Source: an uncultured virus (IMG/VR IMGVR_UViG_3300025018_000106) (Duplodnaviria; Heunggongvirae; Uroviricota; Caudoviricetes). From it: a DNA stretch of 64,000 nucleotides. The position numbers and the translations under genes were made by a program. The notes beneath the pieces are model-generated. The model had not been told where the DNA came from and did not search any database. It saw only the letters and a program-made list of their open reading frames with translations. The stretch lies in IMG/VR virus record IMGVR_UViG_3300025018_000106; one strand, given 5' to 3'. This document shows, one piece after another, positions 1 to 7,933 of the stretch. The number at the start of each line of letters is the position of its first letter. Position 1 is the stretch's first letter.

Positions 1-2
1 AA

Positions 3-1613
3 TTCGAGGAGTCCGACGACTTCGATTCCGGCGAAGCCGAGACCGTTGAAGTCGAGGTCGAAGTGACCGAGGCCGACGAAGCTGAAGGCGGCAACGGCGA
101 GTCCGAAGAAACCGAAGGCGACAGCGATCAAGTCGGTGACCAGAACGGCGAAGCCGAGACTGTCAACGATCCGTCTGGCGATCCTCTGAGCGAGGCAAAC
201 GAGGACGATACGTTCGATCCCGATGATTACTGGCTCGATGAAGCCGAGACGGAGAGCGTCCTCGAAAATACTCAGGAAGAGCGCGCGCTCGGCACGACCA
301 TGTATGTCAAGGGCCTTGACAAGAAAACGGTCGACCTGAGCACCATCGACCACAAAATCCTGATTGCGGCGCGTGAGCGCGCTCAGAAAGTGGTGAAGCA
401 CAGCGACGAAGCGTTCGCTGAGTTTCGCCAGTCGCTGAAGTTGACCGTCGGTCCGATGGTCAAGGAATTCGAAATGCGCAAGGCTGCCTATCGCAGCGCC
501 CGCACTCGGACAGCGACCAAGGGTTCGCTTGACGTGAATAAGCTGCATCGTTATCGCTATGACGACCAGCTGTTCAAGCGAGTGTCCTATCTCGCGGACG
601 CCAAGAACCATGGCATGATTATGTTGGTCGATCACTCGGGTTCGATGAACGGTCAGATGAACGCGGTTCGTCGTCAAATCCTGATCCTGACGACCTTCTG
701 CAAGCGCGTCGGCATTCCGTTCGAAGTCTACGGGTTCACGACTTCTGAGACTTTCCGTCACATTCCTGAAGTTGCGGGTCGTATCGCTCAGAAGCGGGCA
801 CACTTCGAAGGCCTGACCCACTATAACGATGAGCTGATCCTGCTCGAGCTTCTGTCCTCGCGTATGAGCAAGGGCGACTATGAAAAGGCGTTCCGTCAAA
901 TCTTCAACCAGACGCGGATGTTCAAGACGTATCGCACCGACTCTTCCAAGGGTTACAGTGAGTATGACGCTCTGGGTCACACTCCGTTGAACGCCGCGAT
1001 TGGCGCCATGCGGGTCAAGATCAAAGAATTCCGCAAGCGCCACCGCGTCGAAAAGATGAACCTGGTGGTTCTGACCGACGGCGACGACAACGGCCACATC
1101 CAAGTGGTGACCGGCAACGATGGTCAGCTGATGAGCAAGCGTCGCAGCAACTTCATCCTTGACGTAGACGGCAAGACCGTTGATATGAGCTACACGTCCT
1201 ATGGTCGCGAAGGTATGGTCAAGATGGTCGAGCTCATCAAGAGCATGGACGTGAAGGTGTTCAACTTCTTCATTCACCGCGAAGAATATGTCCGCGGTGA
1301 AATCAAGAAAGCGACCGGTCGTTATCCGATGAACTCTTTCGGTCCTGGCAAGGGCGAGTGGGACAAGGTCGAGACGAAACGTGCCATGCGCGAAATCCGC
1401 GACACTGGCGTGGTCATCTACGATGGTCAGTATGGTTTCGACCGTCGCTTCCTTCTGCCGACCGACAACCAGGACTTCAACGGCAAGGCACGTCGCCTGA
1501 AAGTGACCGAGGACATGACCGCGCACAAGGCGAGCAAGGCACTCTCGGCGGCGAACCTTTCGAATCGCCAAGGTCGGATCATCGCTCAAAAATTCTGTGA
1601 GTTGGTGGCATAA
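3..1613 (+). CDS. vWA-domain protein (CobT-like partner of MoxR AAA ATPase), 5'-partial
   Basis: Frame is open from the window start. Acidic linker, then MIDAS motif LVDHSGSM, TPL and VVLTDGD. Directly upstream of a CobS-like ATPase. Confidence 0.8.
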   Translation, partial: FEESDDFDSGEAETVEVEVEVTEADEAEGGNGESEETEGDSDQVGDQNGEAETVNDPSGDPLSEANEDDTFDPDDYWLDEAETESVLENTQEERALGTTMYVKGLDKKTVDLSTIDHKILIAARERAQKVVKHSDEAFAEFRQSLKLTVGPMVKEFEMRKAAYRSARTRTATKGSLDVNKLHRYRYDDQLFKRVSYLADAKNHGMIMLVDHSGSMNGQMNAVRRQILILTTFCKRVGIPFEVYGFTTSETFRHIPEVAGRIAQKRAHFEGLTHYNDELILLELLSSRMSKGDYEKAFRQIFNQTRMFKTYRTDSSKGYSEYDALGHTPLNAAIGAMRVKIKEFRKRHRVEKMNLVVLTDGDDNGHIQVVTGNDGQLMSKRRSNFILDVDGKTVDMSYTSYGREGMVKMVELIKSMDVKVFNFFIHREEYVRGEIKKATGRYPMNSFGPGKGEWDKVETKRAMREIRDTGVVIYDGQYGFDRRFLLPTDNQDFNGKARRLKVTEDMTAHKASKALSAANLSNRQGRIIAQKFCELVA

Positions 1614-1630
1614 AAAGATGGCTAAGCCGC

Positions 1631-1659
1631 TTGACACTGAGCGGCTTAGCCACTATATT
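1631..1659 (+). promoter_or_regulatory. sigma70-type promoter
   Basis: TTGACA (1631-1636), 17-bp spacer, TATATT (1654-1659); embedded in a 13-bp inverted repeat. Confidence 0.7.
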
Positions 1660-1697
1660 CGATTCGTAAGATGATGAAAAATCGTGAAAGGGTCGAT

Positions 1698-2885
1698 ATG
1701 ACTAAACTGACTACCCGCCAGCGCCTGTTCCAGGACTTCGCCGCGGCCAATCCTGGCCTTGAGACGTTCCACCGAGAGGCGCTGTATGCGTTCGCAGAAT
1801 CGAACGGTTACACCCGTGGCGCCGCAACCGGTCTTTTCGGTGAGCTCGAAAAGGAGGGTCGCGGCGTCTATCGTATGCAGATGGTCGACCCGTCCAACGT
1901 TGTGCCGATGCCCGCGCCGGCGGCCAAGGCACCCAAACAGGAGGCTTCCCCCGTGATCGAAGAAACCCCGCGCGTTCGGTCGACCATCGCGTCCGAAGTC
2001 TACATTCCTCCGAAGAACCCGAACTTCGTGCGGTGGGGTTACTTCGCTGACGTGAAAAAGATTATCGAATCGGGCATGTTCTATCCGATGTTCATTTCCG
2101 GTCTGTCCGGCAACGGCAAGACCATCATGGTCGAGCAGGCGTGCGCTCTGGCGAACCGTGAATATGTCCGCGTCCAGATCACGCCGGAGACCGACGAGGA
2201 CGACCTGATCGGTGGTTTCCGTCTTGTCAACGGCGAAACCGTGTTCGCCAAGGGTCCCGTTATCAAGGCGATGGAACAGGGCGCGGTTCTGCTGATCGAT
2301 GAAATCGACCGCGGTTCGAACAATCTCATGACGTTGCAAGGCGTTCTGGAAGGCAAGCCGGTGCTCATCAAGAAAACTGGCGAAGTGGTCGTTCCCGCGC
2401 CGGGCTTCAACGTCATTGCGACGGCGAACACCAAGGGTCAGGGCGACGAAACTGGTCGGTTCATCGCGGCGACCATCATCGATGATGCGTTCCTTGAGCG
2501 GTTCACCATCACGCTCGAACAGCCGTATCCCGCCGAGAACGTCGAAAAGAAAATCGTCCTGAAGCACCTGAAGTCGTTCGGCGTCGGTGACGAAGCAGAC
2601 GACTTCGCTGAGAAGCTCACCAAATGGGGTCAGGCGATCCGCAAGACCTATCAGGAAGGCGGCATTGACGAGCTTATCTCCACTCGCCGTCTGTGTCACA
2701 TTGCTCAGACCTATTCGATCTTTGGCGACCGTGCCAAGGCGGTCGAGCTCTGTGTGAACCGCTTCGAAGCGGACACTCGGGATGCGATGGTCGACCTCTA
2801 CAGCAAGATGGATGCGACCACCGGCAAGGACAACGGCCAGTCGAACGGCACCTACGACTATGAGACGGACGAAAGCCCGTTCTAA
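1698..2885 (+). CDS. cobS: CobS-like MoxR-family AAA+ ATPase
   Basis: Walker A GLSGNGKT, Walker B LLIDEID, ATANTKGQG and AFLERF, typical of T4-like phage CobS. Start chosen at the ATG after GAAAGGG. Confidence 0.85.
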   Translation: MTKLTTRQRLFQDFAAANPGLETFHREALYAFAESNGYTRGAATGLFGELEKEGRGVYRMQMVDPSNVVPMPAPAAKAPKQEASPVIEETPRVRSTIASEVYIPPKNPNFVRWGYFADVKKIIESGMFYPMFISGLSGNGKTIMVEQACALANREYVRVQITPETDEDDLIGGFRLVNGETVFAKGPVIKAMEQGAVLLIDEIDRGSNNLMTLQGVLEGKPVLIKKTGEVVVPAPGFNVIATANTKGQGDETGRFIAATIIDDAFLERFTITLEQPYPAENVEKKIVLKHLKSFGVGDEADDFAEKLTKWGQAIRKTYQEGGIDELISTRRLCHIAQTYSIFGDRAKAVELCVNRFEADTRDAMVDLYSKMDATTGKDNGQSNGTYDYETDESPF

Positions 2886-2888
2886 ATA

Positions 2889-2908
2889 GGAGACCCGATT
2901 GGGTCTCC
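2889..2908 (+). other. GC-rich stem-loop downstream of cobS
   Basis: GGAGACCC-GATT-GGGTCTCC with no U-tract. Confidence 0.5.
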
Positions 2909-2926
2909 CAACTATAAGGAGTAAAC

Positions 2927-3295
2927 ATGCTCAAATACGTTTCACTCGCGCTCATTCTCGCCTACACTTATCTCGGTCAAGAATGGGCTGCCACCGTCCT
3001 TGCCTACATGACCGGCTTCTATGCCATGATCTTCTACGGGCTGATGTTCTATCTAATCACGGGACTGAAACAATCGACACTTGATCCAGACTTTGATATC
3101 ATGACCTCCATGACGACACGTCTGGTTCATATCGGTTCGGTTGCCTTTCTATGGCTCGCGGGTTTCCAGATGGTCGCAATCTTCGCTCTTCCCTGGATCA
3201 TTGTCATGACACTCGCTGGCCTGCTGTCAATCCTGGTCAAGAAAGAAATCATGGAGATACAGAAGGTCGAACCAGAAGATACGAAAGACGAGTAA
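2927..3295 (+). CDS. hypothetical multi-pass membrane protein
   Basis: Strong RBS AAGGAG; about 4 hydrophobic segments. Confidence 0.7.
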   Translation: MLKYVSLALILAYTYLGQEWAATVLAYMTGFYAMIFYGLMFYLITGLKQSTLDPDFDIMTSMTTRLVHIGSVAFLWLAGFQMVAIFALPWIIVMTLAGLLSILVKKEIMEIQKVEPEDTKDE

Positions 3296-3322
3296 AAAAA
3301 GAGGCGCTTCGGCGCCTTTTTT
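3295..3322 (+). terminator. intrinsic terminator, probably bidirectional
   Basis: A-run, GAGGCGC-TTCG-GCGCCTT, T-run. Confidence 0.85.
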
Positions 3323-3323
3323 C

Positions 3324-3351
3324 TTGCCATCGGAGAAAAAGTTGGTATAAT
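3324..3351 (+). promoter_or_regulatory. sigma70-type promoter
   Basis: TTGCCA, 16 bp, TATAAT with extended TG. Confidence 0.65.
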
Positions 3352-3392
3352 CACTTCCTGTGAGGCTAAAGAGCTAAGGAGAAAAATACAGT

Positions 3393-3917
3393 ATGCGAAT
3401 CGTGAATATCATTGGCGGCCTTCTTTCCGTAGGTGTGATGGCATCGATGGGTGTTGTCTATGCTCAGGCAGTAGAAGCAGAAGAACGGTCCCGAATGATG
3501 GCCGAGTTTGAAGAACAGAGGCAGTGCATTGCCTTGAACATCTATCATGAATCGAGGTCTGAATCCCTGCTTGCTCAACGCGCTGTTGCCTATGTGACGT
3601 TGAACCGAGTCCAGTCCGAACGGTATCCTGAGACACCTTGTGAGGTGATCTATCAGGCACGTCTTGACGATAACGGCAATCCTATCCGGAACCAGTGTCA
3701 ATTCTCTTGGTTCTGTGACGGTCGTTCCGACGAAGTGAACAACCAGGAAGCGTGGGCAATCGCAGAACGCATGGCGACCGAAGTGATGCGCGAATACGGC
3801 CGTGCGTTTGATCCGACCGAAGGTGCGACCATGTATCACGCTACCTACGTCAATCCTTACTGGGCGGATGACTATGACCGCACGGTGCAAATCGACAGCC
3901 ACATCTTTTATAAATAA
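3393..3917 (+). CDS. cell wall hydrolase, SleB/Hydrolase_2 family
   Basis: N-terminal signal/TM segment; CIALNIYHESRSE, VTLNRV, CQFSWFCDG, DPTEGATMYHATYVNPYWA, IDSHIFY. Confidence 0.9.
   Translation: MRIVNIIGGLLSVGVMASMGVVYAQAVEAEERSRMMAEFEEQRQCIALNIYHESRSESLLAQRAVAYVTLNRVQSERYPETPCEVIYQARLDDNGNPIRNQCQFSWFCDGRSDEVNNQEAWAIAERMATEVMREYGRAFDPTEGATMYHATYVNPYWADDYDRTVQIDSHIFYK
3909..3916 (+). promoter_or_regulatory. T4-type late promoter
   Basis: TATAAATA upstream of 3953. Confidence 0.75.
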
Positions 3918-3952
3918 GCGGAGACTTTCCCATGAACATCTAGGAGACAACC

Positions 3953-4807
3953 GTGCTAACATTTAGAGACTATCTAGCAGAAGAATACACCGAGCTAGTC
4001 GAAAAACTGATTACATTTGGTGGTCAGGCCTATCCGAAATTCGGCAACGTTATCATCATGGCCGGCGGTGCCGGTTCTGGTAAGGGTTTCGTCAAAGACA
4101 AACTGGTCGGCGCCGAAGGTTTCGTATTCGACGTTGACGAGCTCAAGAAGCTCGCTGCTGCAACGCCCGCAATCGTTCGCAAGATTCAGAACGATATGGG
4201 CATCAACCTGAAAGACCTGGCAGGCAACCTCAAAAATCCCGAGAACGTGTCCAAGTTGCACGAAATCATCGGTGACTTCCTGAACCTGGACGACCGACGC
4301 ATGAAAGCGTTCTACACGTCTATTCTGTCTGCGCATCCTGAGCGTAAACCAAACATTATCTTCGACGTGACTCTGAAAGACCTCCGCAAACTGGAGAAGC
4401 TGACACATCAGGTCAAAACACTCGGTTATGACGACAAGAACATTCACCTTGTCTGGGTTGTCAACGATATTGAAGTGGCGATCAAGCAAAACCAGGCGCG
4501 CGACCGAACCGTTCCTGTTGAAATCCTGGTGAACACTCACCGCGGCGCGTCTCAGACCATGCTCGACATTATCAGCATGGGTCAGACGCTCAAGAATTAC
4601 ATGGACGGCGATATCGTGTTCGCGTTCAACAAGGTCGGTGTTGACGCCGAGCTTGTGAAATCTGGTAAGGGCGGTTCATACATCAAGGCCGCTAACTACT
4701 TCTACATCAAGCGTCAAGGTCAACCTGTCCTGTCACAAGAGAAACTATCCCGAGACCTACGCGCAAAGATTCAGTCTTACGTTCCGAAGAACGTGGAGTG
4801 GGTCTAA
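3953..4807 (+). CDS. P-loop kinase/NTPase (zeta-toxin/AAA_33-like)
   Basis: Walker A MAGGAGSGKG, IIFDVT, NQARDRTVP; GTG start with AGGAG RBS. Confidence 0.7.
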   Translation: MLTFRDYLAEEYTELVEKLITFGGQAYPKFGNVIIMAGGAGSGKGFVKDKLVGAEGFVFDVDELKKLAAATPAIVRKIQNDMGINLKDLAGNLKNPENVSKLHEIIGDFLNLDDRRMKAFYTSILSAHPERKPNIIFDVTLKDLRKLEKLTHQVKTLGYDDKNIHLVWVVNDIEVAIKQNQARDRTVPVEILVNTHRGASQTMLDIISMGQTLKNYMDGDIVFAFNKVGVDAELVKSGKGGSYIKAANYFYIKRQGQPVLSQEKLSRDLRAKIQSYVPKNVEWV

Positions 4808-4810
4808 TCT

Positions 4811-5017
4811 ATGATTACACCATGCGTTTCGGTATGTCGTCTCGACCCTACCACGCGCATCTGTGAAGGTTGTGGTCGCACTCAAATGGAAATCTTCATG
4901 TGGTCGAAATACTCAGACGACGAACGCATGGAGGTCATGAGACGACTTGGATATGGCCGTCGCCGCGAAAGAGACATGCCTTATGAGGAACGGCGCCGGC
5001 GATATGAGAGAGGTTGA
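4811..5017 (+). CDS. DUF1289-family small Cys-rich protein (putative Fe-S)
   Basis: TPCVSVCRLD...CEGCGRT..EI..W.......R motif. Confidence 0.85.
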   Translation: MITPCVSVCRLDPTTRICEGCGRTQMEIFMWSKYSDDERMEVMRRLGYGRRRERDMPYEERRRRYERG

Positions 5018-5019
5018 CA

Positions 5020-5562
5020 ATGAGCCTAAAAGAACTGACGTGGGAGAACCACAAGAAGGCTGAGCGGAAAGAATTCGCTCGCCTTCTGATTACAGGTCGC
5101 ATCACACCAGAGTTATACTACCGTTATCTCGCTAACCAGTGGGACAACTACACCGTTCTGGAATCTGTGACAAAAAAACATCTACCCGAGAGCTTGCATT
5201 CCATGTTCCGATCTGATAAGATACTGGCAGACATGGAAGAACTGGGTAAGCTCCACGACATTCGGTGGTCGCCAGACATGGTCACGAAGTCGACCTGTGA
5301 ATATGTCGCCTATGTTTACGAAAAGGACAAGGCAGGTGAGTCCAAGGACCTCTTGGCTCACCTGTATGTCCGTCACTTCGGAGACATGTATGGCGGCGCG
5401 ATCATTCAAAAAAAGGTACCTGGTTCCGGCACCATGTATGACTTTGACGACAAGGACCGTTTGATCGGTGAAATGCGTCAACTGTTGAATGACGACATGG
5501 CTTACGAAGCGAACCTCTGCTTCGAATTTGCCATCCGCCTATTCGAGGACCTAACACCATGA
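5020..5562 (+). CDS. hemO: heme oxygenase (biliverdin-producing)
   Basis: Proximal His helix LKELTWENHKKAE; distal helix HLYVRHFGDMYGG; EANLCFEF. Confidence 0.9.
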   Translation: MSLKELTWENHKKAERKEFARLLITGRITPELYYRYLANQWDNYTVLESVTKKHLPESLHSMFRSDKILADMEELGKLHDIRWSPDMVTKSTCEYVAYVYEKDKAGESKDLLAHLYVRHFGDMYGGAIIQKKVPGSGTMYDFDDKDRLIGEMRQLLNDDMAYEANLCFEFAIRLFEDLTP

Positions 5563-5756
5563 TTACATCGTTATTTCTGGCTCTACTCGCCTGCGAAGAT
5601 TTGGTTCAAGAACAAGGAATCCTGAACCAAGACCAGGCGATGTATTGCATGGACATTTACGAAACTTTGAAAGATGAAGTCGCGAACGGCGACTATCTGC
5701 AACGGAGAGAGTGGCACCAAGAGAACGAACCGATTATCCGGGAGACTTTGCAATGA
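5559..5756 (+). CDS. hypothetical protein
   Basis: ATGA-coupled to both hemO and pcyX; LLACE and CMDIYETLK. Confidence 0.65.
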   Translation: MITSLFLALLACEDLVQEQGILNQDQAMYCMDIYETLKDEVANGDYLQRREWHQENEPIIRETLQ

Positions 5757-6472
5757 GTCTGATCTGGGACCGTCTCGCTTCGCTACAGAACGAAATGTCT
5801 GCTGCGATTGATCTGACGAACGGATCACGACGCACGAAAGAACCCGGTATGAACCGGTTCAACAACGACAAGTGGACCAACCGCACATGGACTGCTACGG
5901 GCATCCGCCGCGCGCACCTGGACGTGGTGGACGCTCGGGCGGACAAAGGTCTGTGGATGATGCACGTCTGTATCATGCCAGAATTGACCTCTGATGGTCC
6001 TATCTTTGGTTTTGACGTGATTGCAGGCCGAAACAAGATCACAGGCGCCTTTCTCGACTACTCACCTGGCACAAACGCGGATCACGAAATGATGCAAGTG
6101 TTTGCCAAGATGGTGGAAGACCTGAAATGGAAACGAGAACGCGAGTTGCCAGACTGGGCGAAGGCGATCTTTAGCGGTCACATGGTCGCTGCCGGCAACA
6201 TCACCGACGAAATGGAACTAGAACAGATCATCACGGCGACCAAACACGCGCTCTGGTATTACATCGACAACATTCGTTACACCACCAATCGATCCGACGA
6301 ATTGATGGTCGCGAAGGTGCAGAACCACTATGCACGTCACCAGAAGATGAACCCTCATACACCCAAGGTCATGAAATCGCTCGGGTTGCCCGAGGAAGAT
6401 GTTGACTTGTTCACAAGCAAGTGTCTCTTTCCCGAGATTGACACGACAGAATTGGAGAAACGATATGCCTAA
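5753..6472 (+). CDS. pcyX: ferredoxin-dependent bilin reductase, PcyX type
   Basis: RRAHLDVVD, LWMMHVC, GPIFGFDVIAG, RELPDWAKAIFS, QKMNPHTPKVMKSLGL and LFP match the PcyA/PcyX family. Asp in place of PcyA Glu76 is PcyX-like. Adjacent to hemO. Confidence 0.88.
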   Translation: MSLIWDRLASLQNEMSAAIDLTNGSRRTKEPGMNRFNNDKWTNRTWTATGIRRAHLDVVDARADKGLWMMHVCIMPELTSDGPIFGFDVIAGRNKITGAFLDYSPGTNADHEMMQVFAKMVEDLKWKRERELPDWAKAIFSGHMVAAGNITDEMELEQIITATKHALWYYIDNIRYTTNRSDELMVAKVQNHYARHQKMNPHTPKVMKSLGLPEEDVDLFTSKCLFPEIDTTELEKRYA

Positions 6473-6578
6473 CTGGGTATTCCTTCATCCGACCCAAAGT
6501 CTATGTGTTCTACTGGGTTTTGAAAGCGGTTACAGGTTTCGGCATCGTAAAATACGCACAATGGAAGGCGAAAAATGA
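6465..6578 (+). CDS. small hypothetical protein (frame uncertain)
   Basis: GGAGA RBS plus ATG at 6465, 37 codons; the +1 frame looks more protein-like. Confidence 0.35.
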   Translation: MPNWVFLHPTQSLCVLLGFESGYRFRHRKIRTMEGEK

Positions 6579-6758
6579 GCAGACTACCAACACGGGAAAG
6601 AACTTGAAGCGCTTGGCCTTGAAGCGCTGTATCAACTACGCGATGATATCATGAAACAGATTGACAAGATTGACGAGGAGTTGATTGCGCTTGGTGATGA
6701 ACCTGCCGTTATGGACGCCGACGCCTTCCTTCAGAAATGTCTTGACAATCGAAAATGA
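6575..6758 (+). pseudogene. apparently frameshifted small coiled-coil ORF
   Basis: MSRLPTRE stops at 6607; the +1 frame continues ELEALGLEALYQLRDDIMKQIDKIDEEL...DNRK to TGA 6758. Confidence 0.35.
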
Positions 6759-6772
6759 TTCGTGTATAAATA
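6742..6772 (+). promoter_or_regulatory. composite sigma70 plus T4-late promoter for tmRNA
   Basis: TTGACA (6742-6747), 17 bp, TATAAATA (6765-6772). Confidence 0.8.
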
Positions 6773-6778
6773 CACTCA

Positions 6779-7137
6779 TATCGTTGAAGCGAACTGAAAG
6801 CGGAGTAGACCAGGGGGCGGTACCCTGCGGCTCCACCACAGACACACTACTAAAGGAAATGGGTTCACCACCCGGCGTATCAGCAACGTGAGCGGTGATT
6901 AGATACTTGCAATCATGGTGGATTGCGGTTCAAATCTAACAAGGTGCTGATAGTGTGTCTTTGATGGGGCCGAAATAGGATCGATACACGGCGTAGGTGA
7001 GTGGAGATATCCGGCGCAAGCTCGGTTAACGCAAGAACACAAATAACTGCAAACATCAACGCAGCTCCTGAGGCAGTCGCTCTCGCGGCCTAAGCCTCAC
7101 GGGTCCGATGGGAACCTCGGAACAGAATCCCATCACT
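6779..7137 (+). ncRNA. ssrA: circularly permuted two-piece tmRNA (alphaproteobacterial type)
   Basis: Acceptor piece with T-arm CAGGG-GGCGGTA-CCCTG and CGGCTCC-A-CCA (ends 6838). Coding piece starts GGGGCCGAAATAGGATCGA (6966) and forms a 7-bp acceptor stem with G3-U70. Tag frame 7049-7093 reads ANINAAPEAVALAA*. Outer ends are approximate. Confidence 0.93.
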
Positions 7138-7725
7138 TACAATTTTTGTGATTTGACATTAGCGAATTGTAAGCGGTTTCTTTCTTACAAAACAGGCAGA
7201 TACATTGTGCGTCCGATCTATAACCTTTCTGGTATGGGTGTAGGCGCTGAATTCAAGACAATCCAGGCGGGTGACTTTACGTCGGTACCGCCTGGATTTT
7301 TTTGGTGTGAAGTGTTCGATGGTGTCCAGTTTTCAGCGGACTATGAGTTTGTGCATGGTGTCAAACCATACTGGCAACCTCTGTCATGCTTCTATGCCGA
7401 GACAGACGGACACGATATCTACCGCTTCCGACGATGGGTTCGGTCTGACTACGTTCCCGAGGTGCCTCGCATCTTCAACGAATTGTCAGACGTGAGACGC
7501 ATCAACATCGAATTCATCGGTGACCGGCCGATCGAAGTCCACCTACGAACCACACCCGATCCCGACTATGACGAAATCATTTCCGTCTGGGGCGACCAGT
7601 CGATTGATCTTGCCAAATACGAGCGGATGGGGTATAGTTACCTAGAAAACTATGACAATGCCGACGGTTTCCTGTCTGTGCCGCGTCTAGGCTTTCTGGT
7701 TAGAAACCACAAATCAGGAGAGTAA
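7108..7725 (+). CDS. ATP-grasp-like conserved T4-like phage protein; 5' end doubtful
   Basis: YIVRPIYNLSGMGVGA, FWCEVFDG, INIEFIG..PIEVHLR. The tracked start lies inside the tmRNA 3' hairpin. Confidence 0.55.
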   Translation: MGTSEQNPITYNFCDLTLANCKRFLSYKTGRYIVRPIYNLSGMGVGAEFKTIQAGDFTSVPPGFFWCEVFDGVQFSADYEFVHGVKPYWQPLSCFYAETDGHDIYRFRRWVRSDYVPEVPRIFNELSDVRRINIEFIGDRPIEVHLRTTPDPDYDEIISVWGDQSIDLAKYERMGYSYLENYDNADGFLSVPRLGFLVRNHKSGE

Positions 7726-7726
7726 C

Positions 7727-7933
7727 ATGTCAACATATATTTCAACATTCTTCAAAGAGGACACTGACGGCCCGAGAGCAGAGGTCTATCTGGAAGAAAC
7801 CGGTTACACGATCCGCTACTATGATATGTCGGGTAGTCTGTTTCGGACCGAAGAATTTCCCGGCAAGTCACTTCACTACGTCGAAGATGCTGCTGAAAAT
7901 TGGGCTCTAGGCATCAAGAACCTCAATGGCTGA
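7727..7933 (+). CDS. conserved hypothetical T4-like phage protein
   Basis: RBS AGGAG; KSLHYVEDAAENWALG motif. Confidence 0.75.
   Translation: MSTYISTFFKEDTDGPRAEVYLEETGYTIRYYDMSGSLFRTEEFPGKSLHYVEDAAENWALGIKNLNG

Noticed and set aside
1653..2699. 348-aa minus-strand ORF, and many other antisense or nested ORFs in the track
   Set aside because: They shadow well-supported opposite-strand genes and have no motifs or RBS; expected from codon bias.
1698..2885. Cobalamin biosynthesis role for cobS/cobT-like genes
   Set aside because: No cobN or other cob genes in the window; the motifs only support a generic MoxR/vWA pair.
5753..6472. Cyanophage-type pcyA/pebS and a cyanobacterial host
   Set aside because: Motifs fit PcyX better, no photosynthesis genes are in the window, and the tmRNA is alphaproteobacterial in style.
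6685..6891. 68-aa ORF across the tmRNA promoter and acceptor piece
   Set aside because: The region is explained by the promoter and the RNA gene.
6878..6952. Possible tRNA inside the tmRNA intervening segment
   Set aside because: It has a GGTTCAAATC motif, but I could not build a canonical cloverleaf or find a CCA end; kept only as a structured-RNA finding.
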